Positions 32,168 through 32,879 of a DNA stretch of 32,879 nt are shown in pieces. Origin of the DNA: a virus (taxonomy: Duplodnaviria; Heunggongvirae; Uroviricota; Caudoviricetes); IMG/VR virus record IMGVR_UViG_3300022178_000016. One strand, written 5' to 3'. Made by a program: the position numbers and the translations under genes. Positions within the stretch are counted from its first letter, which is position 1; each line of letters opens with the position of its first letter. The notes below the pieces were generated by a model. The model saw only the letters and a program-made list of their open reading frames with translations, was not told where the DNA came from and searched no databases.

Positions 32168-32879
32168 TTTATCGGGGACGAGCCAAGGGAGGCTTAGTAT
32201 TCTAAGGTTTGCTGATGAAAAGGTTAACGGTAGACCAGCCTATGTGTGCATCTGTTCTTGTAGTCCAGAAAGGGAGATTATCAAATCATCTACCACTCTA
32301 CGGGGTGGTACTAAGAGTTGTGGTTGCCTTCACTCCGAAAATGCCAGAAAACAATTAAAAGCCGTAGAACATCTTATTACTACACACAACATGAGTAAAA
32401 CCCCAACTTATATCGCGTGGAGAAACATGAAGGCGAGATGCGATGATCCAAACCACCAAGCATTTAAAAATTACAAAGATAGGGGTATAACGTATTGCCG
32501 TGAGTGGGCTTCTTTTGAGAACTTCTTTGCCGATATGGGAGAGTGTCCTGAAGGTTTAACTCTAAACAGGATTGATGTAAACAGCGGCTACACTAAAGAA
32601 AACTGCGAGTGGGCTACTAATCATAAACAAGGTAGAGATAGGAGAAAACCAAAAAGCGGTACAAGTAGTAAATACAAAGGGGTATCTTACAGTAAAGCGG
32701 AGGACAAATACAAAAGCTACCTCACCTTAAAAGGAGAGCGCCTACATTTAGGATATTCTTCTGATGAAGAATTATTAGCCTGTCGGTATGATGAAAAAGT
32801 AATTGAGTTGACAGGGTGTATAGGAGGTACTAATATACAATTAGGTTTGCTGGATCCAGCAAACCTAATTGTATATTAG
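32154..32879 (+). CDS. free-standing HNH homing endonuclease (HNH plus AP2-like C-terminus)
   Basis: KSCGC, YIAWRNMKARC, RGITYCREW, FFADMGECP, NRIDVNSGY...NCEWAT, SSKYKGVS; same subfamily as 12011-12805. Confidence 0.85.
   Translation: MKKFDLSGTSQGRLSILRFADEKVNGRPAYVCICSCSPEREIIKSSTTLRGGTKSCGCLHSENARKQLKAVEHLITTHNMSKTPTYIAWRNMKARCDDPNHQAFKNYKDRGITYCREWASFENFFADMGECPEGLTLNRIDVNSGYTKENCEWATNHKQGRDRRKPKSGTSSKYKGVSYSKAEDKYKSYLTLKGERLHLGYSSDEELLACRYDEKVIELTGCIGGTNIQLGLLDPANLIVY

Noticed and set aside
1-32879. CRISPR array, integrase/att sites, alternative genetic code
   Set aside because: No regularly spaced repeat-spacer units and no recombinase gene; ORFs tile the strand tightly under the standard code.

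Overview
A 32.9-kb segment of a lytic dsDNA bacteriophage genome, AT-rich, with all credible genes on the + strand. The left part (about 1-17 kb) is an early/accessory region of mostly small hypothetical genes driven by at least seven sigma70-type promoters. It includes a MazG-like pyrophosphatase, an SleB-type cell wall hydrolase, a GHKL ATPase and a macrodomain protein. The right part (about 17.8-32.9 kb) is a DNA replication/metabolism module: T4 NrdC.11-like nucleotidyltransferase, T7 gp4-type primase-helicase, family A DNA polymerase, probable SSB, 5'-3' exonuclease, ATP-dependent ligase, HNH nuclease and metallophosphoesterase. Four free-standing HNH homing endonuclease genes are present. 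Main unexplained signals: (i) two HNH genes sit between a working gene and a stranded, diverged duplicate of that gene's terminus (ligase N-terminus; SleB C-terminus), each breaking at a conserved motif; (ii) a promoter-driven pair of non-canonical tRNA-like RNAs, one D-armless with an 8/4 acceptor-T branch, an Arg(UCU) anticodon loop and CCA; (iii) a ~420-nt densely base-paired non-coding region between a promoter and an HNH gene; (iv) a twice-occurring two-hairpin intergenic element; (v) repeated exact 12-18 bp duplications of translation-initiation regions bracketing gene cassettes; (vi) fused ORFs with nested in-frame starts. All alignments and folds were done by eye and no database searches were run.
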